The notes: generated by a model not told the origin, from the letters alone. 64,000 nucleotides of DNA from an uncultured Planctomycetaceae bacterium (GCA_963815195.1 CAWFGE010000004.1:32001-96000), one strand, 5' to 3'; positions 50,683 through 62,269 are shown, counted from the first letter of the stretch. Made by a program: numbers and translations.

Positions 50683-51626
50683 CGGGGCACCTCGACGATT
50701 TCGAGGATTTGGGCCAGCACCTCGTCGGCCGCGGTGCCTTCGAGTTCGACGCTGGGGCTTAGGATCACGCGATGCCGAAGCGCCGGCAGAAACGCTTCCT
50801 TGATGTCGTCCGGGTTCACATAATCCCGGCCGCTGAAGCGGGCGAGGCTTTTCGCCCCCATCAACAGCATCAATCCCGCCCGCGGGCTGCCGCCGACTTC
50901 GAGGGCATCATCGTCGCGCGTCGCCTGGATCAACCGCTGGACATACCCGAGCACTTCGTCCCGCACGAACGTCTCGCGAATCAACTGCCGGCTGGCGATC
51001 AGATCGTCCGGCGTCATCACCTTTTGCAACAGCAGTCTCTCCGGCGACGACAACCCCGACGTGGCGTGATGGGCCGCCAGCACCCGCACCTCGTCCTGGG
51101 GGTTCGGATAAGAGACCAGCACCTTGAACATGAACCGGTCCAACTGGGCGAGGGGCAGCGGATAGGTGCCTTCCTGCTCGATTGGGTTTTGCGTGGCGAA
51201 CGTGATGAACGGCTCGGGCAGCCGATGCGTGATGCCGTCGTACGTGACCTGGAGTTCCTGCATGGCTTCCAGAAGGGCCGACTGCGTGCGGGCGGAGGCG
51301 CGGTTGATTTCATCGGCGAGCAGGAAGTTCGTGAACACGGGCCCTTGGCGGAACTCGAAAGTCCGCGTGTCCTCGCGATAGATCGACGAGCCGGTGACGT
51401 CGTTGGGCAACAGATCGGGCGTCATCTGGATGCGGTTGTGCGCGAGGTCGAGCACCGCCGCGATCGAGCGGACGAGCAGGGTCTTCGCCACGCCGGGCGG
51501 CCCTTCCAGGAGCACGTGCCCGCAGCTAAACAGGGCCGCAAGCGAGTAGTCGATCACCTCGTCCTGGCCGAAGATCACTTTGGAAAGTTCGCCGCGAATG
51601 GCTTGGATACGTTCTTCTAAAGACAA
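50679..51626 (-). CDS. moxR: MoxR family AAA+ ATPase
   Basis: HVLLEGPPGVAKT, RIQMTPDLLP, LADEINRA and ATQNPIEQEGTYPLP..QLDRF. Confidence 0.93.
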   Translation of the reverse strand: MSLEERIQAIRGELSKVIFGQDEVIDYSLAALFSCGHVLLEGPPGVAKTLLVRSIAAVLDLAHNRIQMTPDLLPNDVTGSSIYREDTRTFEFRQGPVFTNFLLADEINRASARTQSALLEAMQELQVTYDGITHRLPEPFITFATQNPIEQEGTYPLPLAQLDRFMFKVLVSYPNPQDEVRVLAAHHATSGLSSPERLLLQKVMTPDDLIASRQLIRETFVRDEVLGYVQRLIQATRDDDALEVGGSPRAGLMLLMGAKSLARFSGRDYVNPDDIKEAFLPALRHRVILSPSVELEGTAADEVLAQILEIVEVPR

Positions 51627-52930
51627 GCTGCCAACCTCCGCATCGCATCGAGTGTCTGGGCTTCCGTCAATCGGCCGGGCCATTCGGCCAGGCGATCGGC
51701 CTCGGCAACCGCCTCGCGAAGTTGCCGGGCGCGGGCCGGGTTCCTGCGTTCGATCAGATTCGCGACCAGATCGACGTCTTGAGTTTCGGGAGGTAGAGCA
51801 TACCCGGTGTTGAGTTCCCGCAACACCCCCGCGCGGATTTGCCGGATAAGAAACGCCCGCGCCTTTGCCCCTTTCGCAAACAGCCGCCCCATCGCAGAGA
51901 TGTATTCGCCGATGTCCCGGCGGGAATGCGGCTCGTCCGGCAGCGGCGGGCCGAGCAGCGACGCTTTTCGCCAGGAGTCCAGGCCGATCCACAATAACAG
52001 CCCCAGCGCGATCGCCGCGTACCCGGGCAGCGTGAGCAAAAAAAACGGATTCCCCCGCACGCCCAGGCCGTGGTAAAACTCGTCGAACACGACCGGCTCG
52101 CCCCGCGGCGAAAGCAGGTACGCCGCCGCGACGCTGTTGTCCTGTTGCGGCAGGAGGCGGTTGCGAAACAGCCCCTCATCGACGACCAGGATCGCGCCTT
52201 TCCCGCGCGGGAACTCCGCGGCGACGATGCGTTCTTCGCCGTCTTCGGTGAAATAGGAAATCTGTCCCGCCGGTTCGGTCTTCTCCCACACCAGCGTTTG
52301 CTCGGCATCGCCGGGCAAGGCCAGTTCGCTGACGTCCTTTTGCCAATCGGCCAATGTTCCCGTGCAGTCCACAACCACCACCCGCGGCGGGACGAGTTCG
52401 CGGTTGAGTTCCTTCAGGAAGGATTTGGAAAAGTCGTCTTCTTCGTCATGCTCCTGCTGGAGTTTTTGAAATTCCGCCTCGTGGTTCGCCCGTTCAAACT
52501 TCACGCCCTTGAGTCCCAGCGTTTCCAAGATCGTGGGCAGTTCCGTGGGCGACTGGGACAATTGGCTCAGCTTCAAATCGAGCGGAGTGGCCGCGCGCAC
52601 GGCGACAACAAGCCGGCCCCCACCTTCGACCCAGGGCAGAAGATTCTTGAGGTAGCGCGGCTCCACCCCGGCGATCTGCGGGTCGGGATTCAAAAAGGCG
52701 ATCGTCCGGTTTTCCGGCGCGGGATGCGGCGGGCGGAGTTGGCGGTCCACCTCGACGCCGAGTTCGCCGAGCGTTTCAAAAATCGCCCGATAGCCGGCCT
52801 CGCGTGTCCCGTAGGTGTCGCGGCCCATCCCGCCGGAATCCGGCGTCTGGAACAGGCTCAACCAAACCGCGATCAGGCACAGCACCGCAATCAACACCGC
52901 GATCTGGATCAGGCTACGCACGGAGGGCAT
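51617..52930 (-). CDS. DUF4350 domain protein
   Basis: N-terminal TM, WVEGGGRLVV and VVFDEFYHG; moxR operon context. Confidence 0.75.
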   Translation of the reverse strand: MPSVRSLIQIAVLIAVLCLIAVWLSLFQTPDSGGMGRDTYGTREAGYRAIFETLGELGVEVDRQLRPPHPAPENRTIAFLNPDPQIAGVEPRYLKNLLPWVEGGGRLVVAVRAATPLDLKLSQLSQSPTELPTILETLGLKGVKFERANHEAEFQKLQQEHDEEDDFSKSFLKELNRELVPPRVVVVDCTGTLADWQKDVSELALPGDAEQTLVWEKTEPAGQISYFTEDGEERIVAAEFPRGKGAILVVDEGLFRNRLLPQQDNSVAAAYLLSPRGEPVVFDEFYHGLGVRGNPFFLLTLPGYAAIALGLLLWIGLDSWRKASLLGPPLPDEPHSRRDIGEYISAMGRLFAKGAKARAFLIRQIRAGVLRELNTGYALPPETQDVDLVANLIERRNPARARQLREAVAEADRLAEWPGRLTEAQTLDAMRRLAACL

Positions 52931-53585
52931 GCCGGCTCCTTTCCGCAATGCCGCGAATGCGGGTGTGCTCGTCCCGGCAGCTGAGAAAGTCCTCTTCCCG
53001 GCACACATCGTGCCCGTACCACTTCGCATCGATGACGGCCACGAACCGGGCGAGCGGCTCAAAAAGCGGCGTCGCGCGATACCGGCGGAGCAATTCACGA
53101 TTCGTGATGCCTTTGCGAATTGGCCGCTCCTGGGCGCGCTCGATCCGCAAAATCGCCGCTGCGAACAAATACCGCACCGCCGCGATATAATCCCCCCGCG
53201 CGGAGGCCTCCTCCGCCGCCTGCTCGAGGTCGGCGGGCATGGCGGGCAATTCGCGCTGTTGCTTCGGCGAACGCCGCAGCGGCACTCCGCGGAATGCCCG
53301 GACGAACGTGAGGATAATATGCGAGATCAGCACCACAACCAACACCGTCAGCGCAATGACAATCACCCACCGCAGACCGTCCGGCAGTCCGTCGAGCAAG
53401 TGAAAAAACGCGGCAATTTTTTCCAAAAACCACAAGAAGAGCCGGGTCAACAGGCCCAGCGATTCGGAGTGTTGCGGGTTTTCCAATTCGTAATCCGGCC
53501 GCGCAAGCACCTCTTTCGCTTTCTCGCGGATCTGCTCCGGCGAAGCGATCGCCGCCAGGATGATGCAGTTGAAACCGCCGTTCAT
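52914..53585 (-). CDS. DUF4129 domain protein
   Basis: GDYIAAVRYLF...TNRE...WYG motif; moxR operon context. Confidence 0.75.
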   Translation of the reverse strand: MNGGFNCIILAAIASPEQIREKAKEVLARPDYELENPQHSESLGLLTRLFLWFLEKIAAFFHLLDGLPDGLRWVIVIALTVLVVVLISHIILTFVRAFRGVPLRRSPKQQRELPAMPADLEQAAEEASARGDYIAAVRYLFAAAILRIERAQERPIRKGITNRELLRRYRATPLFEPLARFVAVIDAKWYGHDVCREEDFLSCRDEHTRIRGIAERSRHALRA

Positions 53586-53631
53586 GCGACCATCCGCCCC
53601 CAAACTTGGCTTTTCAGATTCTGCCGGACGA

Positions 53632-54453
53632 TCATTCGCCTTCCACGTCGTCAAAAAAGACCGGCTCATCGTGCGGCGGGGCGGATTCGCCGACGGCTTG
53701 CGCCAAAAGTTCCAGGTCGAAATTCTCCACGCCGGACCGGCAGGAGAAATAGAACACCACAAACACCGCGGTGGAAATCAACGTCACCACGGACTGCAGC
53801 AAAGCCTGAACAACGATTTGGGCATGAATCTGCGGAATCAGTCCCGCGCCGCCTTGGATCATGCCTGAGATCACAGCGATCAGGATCCCCAACACCAGAA
53901 ATTGTCCCCAATAGGGCTTCATCAATAACTTGCTGCGGCTTAACGCGTCCGATCCACTTTTGTCCTCGATCACGACGACGTACTGATAGAGTCCAAACAA
54001 AACGGCGAAAATGATTCCCGGGATAATACACAACAGCGTGCCCCCAAAGACCGCCAGCGAGTACAGAATCGTGGTTCCCAACAAGGGGAGGAATTTGGAG
54101 AACCCCTTGCGGAGGGATGCGCCCACGGTCACTTGCTTGCCGAGATACCGCTCCGCCACGGCATAAGTCACCGCGGCATTGGTGATCGGCAAGATCACGT
54201 AACCCCCAAACAAGGCAAAGCCGAGAAGGACGGGCATGGTGCTCGTCAAATACTCGAGTTGCTCGGCGGGGGTCGAATCGGGCGTGGGCGGGGGAACGGA
54301 GGAAACCATCAAAGGCGCGAAGCCGGCCAGCAGTTGAAACGGAATCCAGAGGCAGGCCAAGATTCCCAACAACAGGCCGAAGTTGTCCCTAATGACGGCG
54401 ATGCCTTGATCCAGGCATTCCCCCAAACTCAGTTCCCGAATCTCATATTTCAT
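53632..54453 (-). CDS. Integral membrane protein of the MoxR-associated type
   Basis: RELSLGECLD N-terminus, LCIIPGII and ALSRS..L; about 6 TM segments. Confidence 0.75.
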   Translation of the reverse strand: MKYEIRELSLGECLDQGIAVIRDNFGLLLGILACLWIPFQLLAGFAPLMVSSVPPPTPDSTPAEQLEYLTSTMPVLLGFALFGGYVILPITNAAVTYAVAERYLGKQVTVGASLRKGFSKFLPLLGTTILYSLAVFGGTLLCIIPGIIFAVLFGLYQYVVVIEDKSGSDALSRSKLLMKPYWGQFLVLGILIAVISGMIQGGAGLIPQIHAQIVVQALLQSVVTLISTAVFVVFYFSCRSGVENFDLELLAQAVGESAPPHDEPVFFDDVEGE

Positions 54454-54567
54454 GACAGCCCCCTCTTCATGGTGGATCGAACGGTGCGTCCCGGTGAACA
54501 AGTCACCTAGGTTACAACCTGACCGCCCGGTTCGCCAGCAAGTTTTTGGGAAACTGTCGCCGCTTCG

Positions 54568-55419
54568 CTACGAGTCGCGGCCCGGGCGTTTGAGGTGGTG
54601 CGGCTTGACGAGTTCGGCGTACATTTCGGGCCGGCGGTCCGCCAGGCGGTCGATGGCGTGCTCGCCCGGTTTGCGGACCGCGGTCTTCTGGCGGGCGAGG
54701 GCGGGATCGATCTCGGCGTACAAGATCTCTTCCCGCGTATGATCCGCCCCGGCAAGCGTGGAACCATTGGGCGCGCAAATCCGGCTCCCGCCGATGAACT
54801 CGAACCCCCGCTCGTGCCCCACGCGGTTGACGGCGATCATATACACCGCATTCTCCATCGCGCGGGCATTGATGACATGAGCCGAAACGCACTCGGCCCC
54901 CGGCGGCCAGTTCGTGGGGAGCGCGATCACATCCGCCCCCAACAGCGCGAGCGTCCGCGAAGCTTCCGGGAACGCCGCGTCATAGCAGATATTCATCCCG
55001 ATCTTCACATCCCCCGCCGAGTGCACCGCAAACGGCCGATCGCCGTAGCTCACATATTTATCGACGCCCAGAAACGGCAGATGCACTTTGCGGTAGCTGC
55101 CAAGGACGCCCGCCGGCCCCGTAAGCACCGCGGCGTTATAAACTGCGTCCCCGTCGCGCTCCAGCATCCCGAACACCGCGAACGCGCCCGCTTCCTGGCA
55201 GAGCTTCGTCATCAACTCCGTCGCCGGCCCGGGAATCGATTCGGCAAACGGCCTCGCCTCTTCCAGGTCCTGAAAGCAATACCCCGTCACCGCGCATTCG
55301 GGAAACACGATCAATTCCGTCCCGGCGTTCGCCGCTTCCCGAAACCGCCCCGCCATCCGCTCCAAATTCCCCGCCACATCCTGAAGTCGAACATCCATCT
55401 GCACGCCGGCGATCTTCAT
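54568..55419 (-). CDS. Carbon-nitrogen hydrolase (nitrilase superfamily)
   Basis: FPE, YRKVHL and ICYD catalytic triad motifs. Confidence 0.92.
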   Translation of the reverse strand: MKIAGVQMDVRLQDVAGNLERMAGRFREAANAGTELIVFPECAVTGYCFQDLEEARPFAESIPGPATELMTKLCQEAGAFAVFGMLERDGDAVYNAAVLTGPAGVLGSYRKVHLPFLGVDKYVSYGDRPFAVHSAGDVKIGMNICYDAAFPEASRTLALLGADVIALPTNWPPGAECVSAHVINARAMENAVYMIAVNRVGHERGFEFIGGSRICAPNGSTLAGADHTREEILYAEIDPALARQKTAVRKPGEHAIDRLADRRPEMYAELVKPHHLKRPGRDS

Positions 55420-55594
55420 TCATTGGTTTCCTTGTCTTGGGTATCAAACTGCGCTACAACGCGTCTCTGTCTTCATAACGAGGTTAGAGGATTGAGGTTA
55501 GAGATTAGAAAGTGATGCGGTGTCGTCACGCGGTTCGATCCTTCATCCTCTAACCATCCTCACTCCGAAACAATGAGTCGTGCCGCGACCAGAG

Positions 55595-55963
55595 TCAATC
55601 CCGGTAGTCGCGGGGCGGGCGGTATTTGCCGCGGGGTCTGAGGAAGAACGCCAACGCAGCGATGACGAGCAGGAACGGGATTGCGACCTTCGGTTTCCAG
55701 GCGACCCAGGCGATGCCCAGGATCAAGCCGATCAGCGTCGTAATCGAAACGTCCGTCCCCGCGGAATCTTCGCCCTTGGAAGGCAGCGCGAGCCACAGCG
55801 CCCCCATCAACAAACCCACGCGTCCGAACGCCCCGGCCCACATGAGCAGGTTCTCTTCGGGACTGTTGAGGCTCGCCGTCATCAGATAGCCGAACGCCCC
55901 CAGGCAGCCCAAGGCGATCATCCCCACAAGGGGCCGATTGAGTGTCACTTTTGCACCATTCAT
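55595..55963 (-). CDS. Small hypothetical membrane protein
   Basis: Four hydrophobic segments; RVGLLMGALWLALP. Confidence 0.6.
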   Translation of the reverse strand: MNGAKVTLNRPLVGMIALGCLGAFGYLMTASLNSPEENLLMWAGAFGRVGLLMGALWLALPSKGEDSAGTDVSITTLIGLILGIAWVAWKPKVAIPFLLVIAALAFFLRPRGKYRPPRDYRD

Positions 55964-56086
55964 TCCTGCATTATGGCGCGTGAACCAACGTCCCGGCAAG
56001 GCTTGCGGCGGAATGCCATTTCCCATTCGAGTATGCTAAAGTGACATCATCAGATTGACCTCCTCGCTTCGCGAAAGGAACCGGAG

Positions 56087-56908
56087 ATGCAACTGGGATT
56101 GATCAACTCCGCCTGGGCGCAGGCGGGCAAAGACACGGCTTGGGGCATTCGCAAAACGAAAGAGCTGGGCTTCGATACGATCGACATCTTCACCGATCCT
56201 TTGGACATCGATGTCGAGGAGCGCTGCCGAATTCGCGATGAATGCCGCCGGCAGGATTTGCCGATCGTGTCTTTGTGCTGCGTGGCGGTGGGTTTGATCG
56301 ATTTCAACCCCAGCGTGCAGCGTTTCCATTTGGAACGCGTGCAGGAGTATCTCGATTTGGCGTATGAGTTCGGGGCCAAGAACGTGCTGTTGGTGCTCGG
56401 CGAATACATCTGGAACCGCGAGGTCATCCCGCCCGACGAGCAATGGCGGACCGGCGTGGAAAACTGCCGATTGTTGGCGGAATACGCCGAGGACTTGGAA
56501 CTCCAAATCGCGTTGGAACTGGAGCCGTTCCCGCTGTCGCTCTTGAACGACGTGGACAGCATGTCCTGCTTTATCGACGAGGTCGATCACCCGGCTTTGC
56601 GGGCGAATATCGACATCTCGCATTTGCAACTGGCCGACGTGCCGCCCGAGGAACTCCGCAAGCTGAAGGGCAAGGCGATCCACGTGCACATTTCCGATTG
56701 CGACGGCAAAGTCCACGGCGACCTGCCGCCCGGTCGGGGCGTGGTGGATTTCGTGCCCTACCTGCGGGAGATCAAAGACCTCAACCTGGACGGGGCGATC
56801 TCGATCGAATTGGAATACTCCCCGGAGCCGGACAAAATTGAAGCCTGGGTCGCCGAGGCCTACGCCGAAACCGACAAGCTTTTGCAAGCGGTCGGATTGC
56901 GAGGCTGA
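56087..56908 (+). CDS. Sugar phosphate isomerase/epimerase (TIM barrel)
   Basis: LELEP, DISH, HVHISD, PGRG and SIELE metal ligands. Confidence 0.88.
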   Translation: MQLGLINSAWAQAGKDTAWGIRKTKELGFDTIDIFTDPLDIDVEERCRIRDECRRQDLPIVSLCCVAVGLIDFNPSVQRFHLERVQEYLDLAYEFGAKNVLLVLGEYIWNREVIPPDEQWRTGVENCRLLAEYAEDLELQIALELEPFPLSLLNDVDSMSCFIDEVDHPALRANIDISHLQLADVPPEELRKLKGKAIHVHISDCDGKVHGDLPPGRGVVDFVPYLREIKDLNLDGAISIELEYSPEPDKIEAWVAEAYAETDKLLQAVGLRG

Positions 56909-57030
56909 GGTCCAACTTTCGCGAACTCACCCAAGCCGACTGCCGCGGCAACAGGGTCCCAAAGTTAGGTCCGTCGACTCTCGAGAGGGTTATTTGCGCC
57001 ACAAGCCTGTTTAAGAACGTAAACCGCTTC

Positions 57031-57888
57031 CTACAAACGGTTTTTGCGGGAGTGGCGGGCGATGGCGTGGGATTTTTTGGTGATTCGGCGGATGAAGGCC
57101 TGGTCCCGCGAATTGAGCGACCGCTGGAAGTACCCGTGCAGAAACCGCTGCCAGGTATCGCCCGGCAACCGGCGCGACGAATAATGCAGTTGGGCCAGAT
57201 CTTTGATGATCCAATGCGACCGCAATCGCTGCCGTTCCCGCACCCGGCCGAGGTCGATCACGTAGATGTTGGCCCTCGGATCGTGTTTGGGGACGAGCAA
57301 ATGCGTCAAGTAGAAATCCTGGTGATGCAAACCCGCCTGGTGCATCCTGCGGGCGATCTCCGCGACGCGGTTCGTCAGCGCATGGGAATGGGCGAGCACA
57401 TCCTGCGGGACATCCCCAATCTGCATCGGCCGGTCCAAAAGCTCGGCGGGGAACTGCGAGTCCACCCAATCCGAAAGCTTGATGCAATCCTCAATCGCCG
57501 CGGTGATGAGAAACGAACAGGCCCCCGATTGCCCGAGAGCCACGGGCGTCATCGTGGGAATGCCGACTTCGTGAAACCGCAGGATCGCGTTCCATTCGTT
57601 CGCGGCTCCCAGGATCGGTCTCCGGAGCCGGATCATCGGCTTGAGGTATTCCTTCATCGGCGATCGGCCGTGCCGCTTGATGTAGAACCCTTGAGAGTTC
57701 CCGCCCGGCGACGTCAGCTCAAACCGCATCGTGATCCGCTGGCTGAGCAGATTTTTCGCGACTTGCCCATCTTCAAATTCCATCACGGCTTGAAACGTCG
57801 TCAACCCGTGCGCGTGCAAGACCTTTGCGAAGTCCGCATTCACGATCAATCGGCCATCGTCCCAGGTTTCCAGTTCAAAGCGATTCAT
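57031..57888 (-). CDS. LPS kinase (Kdo/WaaP family)
   Basis: YIKRH, NEW, HQDFYLTH, IDLGR and KDLAQL motifs. Confidence 0.85.
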   Translation of the reverse strand: MNRFELETWDDGRLIVNADFAKVLHAHGLTTFQAVMEFEDGQVAKNLLSQRITMRFELTSPGGNSQGFYIKRHGRSPMKEYLKPMIRLRRPILGAANEWNAILRFHEVGIPTMTPVALGQSGACSFLITAAIEDCIKLSDWVDSQFPAELLDRPMQIGDVPQDVLAHSHALTNRVAEIARRMHQAGLHHQDFYLTHLLVPKHDPRANIYVIDLGRVRERQRLRSHWIIKDLAQLHYSSRRLPGDTWQRFLHGYFQRSLNSRDQAFIRRITKKSHAIARHSRKNRL

Positions 57889-59057
57889 CGTGCGCCTCCC
57901 CCCAGCGCTATATAAGAGCGTGATTGTTTCTCATGGAGCACCTCCTCAAAAACGACGAGCGTTTTTTCGATGTTTTTTTCGATCGTCATTTCTTGGGCGG
58001 TGCTCCAACAATGGGCGGACATTTCTTGCCGGGTGCCATCCGGCAGATCGAAATAGTGATTGAGGCAATCGACCATCTCGCCGACGGCGTGCACGTCGGA
58101 AATCAAATAGCCGTTCTGCTCCGGTTCGAGGATGTCCGCGCCGCCGGAGGAGGTGGTGGTCATCACCGGCAGGCCGCAGGCCATCGCTTCCAGCACGACG
58201 TTGGGGAAGGGTTCATAGGCCGTGGGCAACAGGAACAAATCGCCCGCACCGTAAAACTTCGCGATGTCGCTCCGCCGGCCGGCGAAGATCACGCGGCTCT
58301 CGACGCCCAAATCCTCCGCAATCCGCCGAAACCGCCGCTCCGGTCCGCTGCCCAGGACGATCAATCGGCCGTCTCGATGATGCGTTTGCTTGAGCGCCTT
58401 TAAGATCGACCTCAATCCCTTGCCTTCAAAGTCCATCGAGGCGAACACCAACAGCGGTTCGTCCGCGGCGATCCCAAACTCCTCGCGGACCGCCGCCCGA
58501 TCGTCTCGAAGTCCCGGATGAAACGCCGTGATGTCCACTCCGTTGTGGATCGTGCGGATTTTCTCTTCGGGGATCTGGTAATACTCCTGCACCAGCCTGC
58601 GATCGAGCCGGGATTGCGTGACAACGCGGCGGGTGCGATCGGAGCGATAGATGCTGCGTTCCAATTCGATCAACGTGCGATGCCGGGGATTGATCCGTTG
58701 CAGCCAGCGGTTGGCGGGGCGGTAGTTGACGTTGAGCCAATGCGATTGCAGCCGCTCGGTCACGCGGACCGCATCGAGTCCAAACGACCGCCCGAGCCCA
58801 TACACCAGATCGAACCCGCCCGTCTCGGCGATCCGCCCGGCGTTCTCCGCAAACGAGCGGTTGTGCGTCCATGAGGTCAAGCGATTCACCGGCACCTTCC
58901 GAAACCCGACTTCGCCTGCGAGTTCTTCATCCATTCGCTCGCCGATCACCGTCACCTCATGTCCGCGCAGCGTCAACCGCCGGGCGAGGTTGACGCAATA
59001 CCGTTCCGACCCGCCGTGCCTGAGGGAGTATCTCTTTTTCACTAACGCAAGTTTCAT
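57885..59057 (-). CDS. GT4 glycosyltransferase (WaaG-like)
   Basis: GGSERY, HNGVD, KGL and YEPFPNVVLEAMACGLPV. Confidence 0.9.
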   Translation of the reverse strand: MKLALVKKRYSLRHGGSERYCVNLARRLTLRGHEVTVIGERMDEELAGEVGFRKVPVNRLTSWTHNRSFAENAGRIAETGGFDLVYGLGRSFGLDAVRVTERLQSHWLNVNYRPANRWLQRINPRHRTLIELERSIYRSDRTRRVVTQSRLDRRLVQEYYQIPEEKIRTIHNGVDITAFHPGLRDDRAAVREEFGIAADEPLLVFASMDFEGKGLRSILKALKQTHHRDGRLIVLGSGPERRFRRIAEDLGVESRVIFAGRRSDIAKFYGAGDLFLLPTAYEPFPNVVLEAMACGLPVMTTTSSGGADILEPEQNGYLISDVHAVGEMVDCLNHYFDLPDGTRQEMSAHCWSTAQEMTIEKNIEKTLVVFEEVLHEKQSRSYIALGGGAR

Positions 59058-59126
59058 TACAGAGTTATCCGGTAATGGCAGAGGATGGAGGATGGAGGAT
59101 GGAGGATAAATGAAGAATTCTGTCTT

Positions 59127-59335
59127 TACGCCGAAGGCGTTACATATCAAAGCCCAGGGTCAGCGGCGCAGCCGCGCCACCCTGGGTTTCGGATTCCAAA
59201 ATTAACCTTACGCCGAAGGCGTTATATAGAGGATTTATATAACGCCTTCGGCGTAAGGATGTGGATCTTGGGTTCTCATTCACCCAGGGTGCGCTGCGCG
59301 ACCCTGGGCTTCGTTATATAACCGCTTCGCGGTAA
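59127..59335. repeat. Composite REP/REPIN element
   Basis: tacgccgaaggcgtta / taacgccttcggcgta and agcccagggt / accctgggct palindromic arms. Confidence 0.75.
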
Positions 59336-59529
59336 AACCTCGCCGTACAGATCCATTTGCAGATTCCCGGGGTTTTGGCTATTTGGCATTGGGATTTGTT
59401 TTGAAGCTCGAGGCTATGATTTTCTTCTAGTAATTGAGGCCAAACGCCGCGCCGTGGTCGATCCTGTAACTTCTAACCTCCAACTTCTATGCTCTAACCT
59501 CATTTCCTTTGCTCCTCCGCTGCCTTTCG

Positions 59530-60583
59530 TCAAGACGCGGCGGCCGGGGGAACGCGGTACAAATCGAGCAGCCGGATCGCGGTGTGGAAGACCTGGTCGG
59601 GGGAGAGCAACCGCATGCAGTCGTGATGGCCCAAGGGACAAACGCGCTGCTGGCAGGGGCCGCAGGGCATGTCGAGTTGCAGATGCACGGCTTTTTCGTA
59701 GGAGGTTTCGCTCCAGGCGATGTGCGTCGGGCCGAACAATGTCACCACCGGGACGCCGAACGGTGGAGCGAAATGCCTGGGTCCCGAATCGGTCGTAATC
59801 AACAGCTCGGCGGATTTGACGGCGGCTTTCGTCAAGCCGATGCCGGGCTCCACATGGGCCAGGCTGGTGACGAACGGATGCCGGGCGTCCCGCTCGATCT
59901 GCCGGGCCTGCTCGCGTTCGGCCGGTCCGCACAGAACGAGCACGGTCTTGTGCCGCGACTCAGCCAATCGGCGGGCGAGCTCCGCGAAATGCCCCGCGGG
60001 CCAATGCTTCGCGGCCCCGAAGGCTCCGCCGGGATTGAGGCAGATCACGCCCTGCGCGGCGAGGCGCGAATCCCGCGTCGCCCAGAACGCGTGGAGTCGC
60101 TCTTCGTCTTTGGGCAGCGTGACGAGTTCCATTCGCCGCGGGCGGTCGGCACAACCCAGATGCTCCGCGAGCCGGAGGTATTCATCGAGCACCGGATGCG
60201 GCTCGGCTTTGGGTTTGGGCGTCACGCCGTCGGTCAAAAGCCAACCCCGCATGTCCCGCCGAAATCCCACCCGCCGGCGGCGCTCCCGACAGGCTCGCCA
60301 TCAAACCCGTTCGGAAAGAATTGGGGAGGAGCACCGCCATTCGGAATCTCTCATTGCGGAGCCGCTGGATGACTTTCCAGCACCGAAGCGACGGGTCTTT
60401 CCCGCGCGGATCGAACAGAATCGTGCGGTCGATGCTGCAAAGGCCCGCGAGCACGTCCGCCACGTAAGGCCGCATCACGCCCACGATTTCCTCATCGAGG
60501 AAATGCCGGCGGATCGCCCGCAGCGTCGGCGTGGCCATCACGGCATCGCCGATCCAGTTTGGCAAAAAGATCGCGATTTTCAT
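59530..60583 (-). CDS. waaF: LPS heptosyltransferase II, frameshifted near 60280
   Basis: PNWIGDAVMATP, PNSFR, NPGGAFGAAKHWP, TDSGPRH and LFGPT. Confidence 0.88.
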
Positions 60584-62141
60584 CCGGCTTTGCGTTCGGA
60601 GGTTTGAGGATCAAGTGTCCCGCTCGAACTCGAGGGGTGCGGCAGCGTGTTCGGCTCTTCGCCGCGCAGCCGGCTCAGAATCGCCGTCGTGGAAATGCCC
60701 GGGACTTCGCCCAGCGGCTTGACCTGGCCGCCATACGCTTCCACCAATTCCCAACCGACAATTTCCTCGTGGGAGTACGTTCCGCCTTTGACCAACAGAT
60801 CCGGCTTGAGCCGATCCAACAGAGCATGCGGCGTCGCTTCGTCGAAGACCACCACATAATCCACCGCCTCCAAAGCCGCGAGCATCGCCGCCCGCTGCTT
60901 TTGATCGAAGATCGGCCGGTCCGGGGCTTTGCCCAACTTTCGGACGCTGTCGTCGCTGTTGATGGCGACGATCAAGCAATCGCCTTCGTCGGCCGCCTGC
61001 TGAAGATAACTCGCGTGGCCGATGTGCAGGACATCGAAACAGCCGTTGGTCAGCACAATCCGCTGATTGAGTTTCCGCCTCGCATCGACGTGCCGGGCCA
61101 ACTCGTCGAGCGTGCAAATCTTTCCCGTCCGGCCGTGCTTGTGCGGATCGTGGGTGACGAGGTCGGTGAGAATCTCTTCCCGGCTGATCGAGACGACGCC
61201 AATTTGCTCGACTTCCAGCCCGCCTGCAACGTTTGCGAGCCGGGCGAGATTTTCGGGTTCGACGCCCGCCGCGGCTCCCATGCCGATCATCGCGAGCACC
61301 ATGTCGCCCGCGCCGGTGATGTCGTAAACTTCGCGTTTTCGCGTGGGGAACATTTCGCTCGAGCCGCCCTTTTTCGTGAGGGCGATGCCGTCGCTGTCGA
61401 GCGTCACAAAGGCATATTCCAATTCCAACTGGCGCACAAAATCCGCCCCGCGGCGAAGGCGTCTTTGGGCGTTTGAATCTCGCGTCCCGTGGCCCGGCGG
61501 GTTTCCAGGCGGTTGGGCGTGACCGCGGTCGCTCCCACATAAGACCCGCAATCGCCCGAGCCCGGCGGATCGACGATCACCGGCACGCCGCATTCCTTCG
61601 CGCGGGCGATGACCTTCTGGGCCACCTCGCGCGTGCAGACGCCTTTCGCGTAATCCGAAATCAGCACCGCCTGATAATCCTCAAGGCACGCGAGCACCGC
61701 GCTCAGCATGTCGTTCGCGAGGTCGCTGGAAATCGGCGTGCGGACTTCGCGATCGACGCGGAGCATCTGATGCGGATGCCGATGCTGCGCCCGCCCGAGG
61801 TAGCGCTGCTTCATCGTGGTCGGCCGATGCGAATCGCAGACGACGCCCGTGCAATCGACGCCTTGGCGTTCGAGTTCCAACCGCACCAGTCGGCCTTCGA
61901 GGTCTGTCCCGACGACGCCGGCCATTGTCACGTCGGCATCCAATCCGCGGAGCAGGTTCGCAACGTTCGCCGCCCCGCCGAGCCGGACTTCCTGCCGGTC
62001 TTCGCGGAGCAAAATCACCGGGGCCTCCTGGCTGATGCGCTCGGCATCGCCCCACACGTAGCGGTCGAGAATCAAATCCCCGATCACCAAAATCCGGGGC
62101 CGGCCCAGGTTTTGGACAATGTCAATCAGGTGCATAGACAT
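60580..62141 (-). CDS. hldE: Bifunctional heptose 7-phosphate kinase / heptose 1-phosphate adenylyltransferase, frameshifted near 61435
   Basis: RISQEAPV, GGAANVA, DITGAGD, TNGCFDVLHIGH, NSDDSV and LVKGG. Confidence 0.92.
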
Positions 62142-62203
62142 TGCGGACAATCCTCTTTGTATTGAGGCCACAAAGGCCGCAGAGTCCCAGGGAGACAGGA
62201 TTT

Positions 62204-62269
62204 GTGAGCGGCAAGGCGCTAGCCGCCGGTATGATGTGCAAGACCGGCGGCTCGCGCCTTGCCGCTCAC
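62204..62269. repeat. REP/REPIN element, family B
   Basis: gtgagcggcaaggcgctagccgccgg ... ccggcggctcgcgccttgccgctcac. Confidence 0.8.

Noticed and set aside
49345..54453. moxR-DUF58-DUF4350-DUF4129 operon as part of the retron system or as a novel system
   Set aside because: Widespread known operon type, separated from the ncRNA by its own hairpin; no evidence of linkage beyond adjacency
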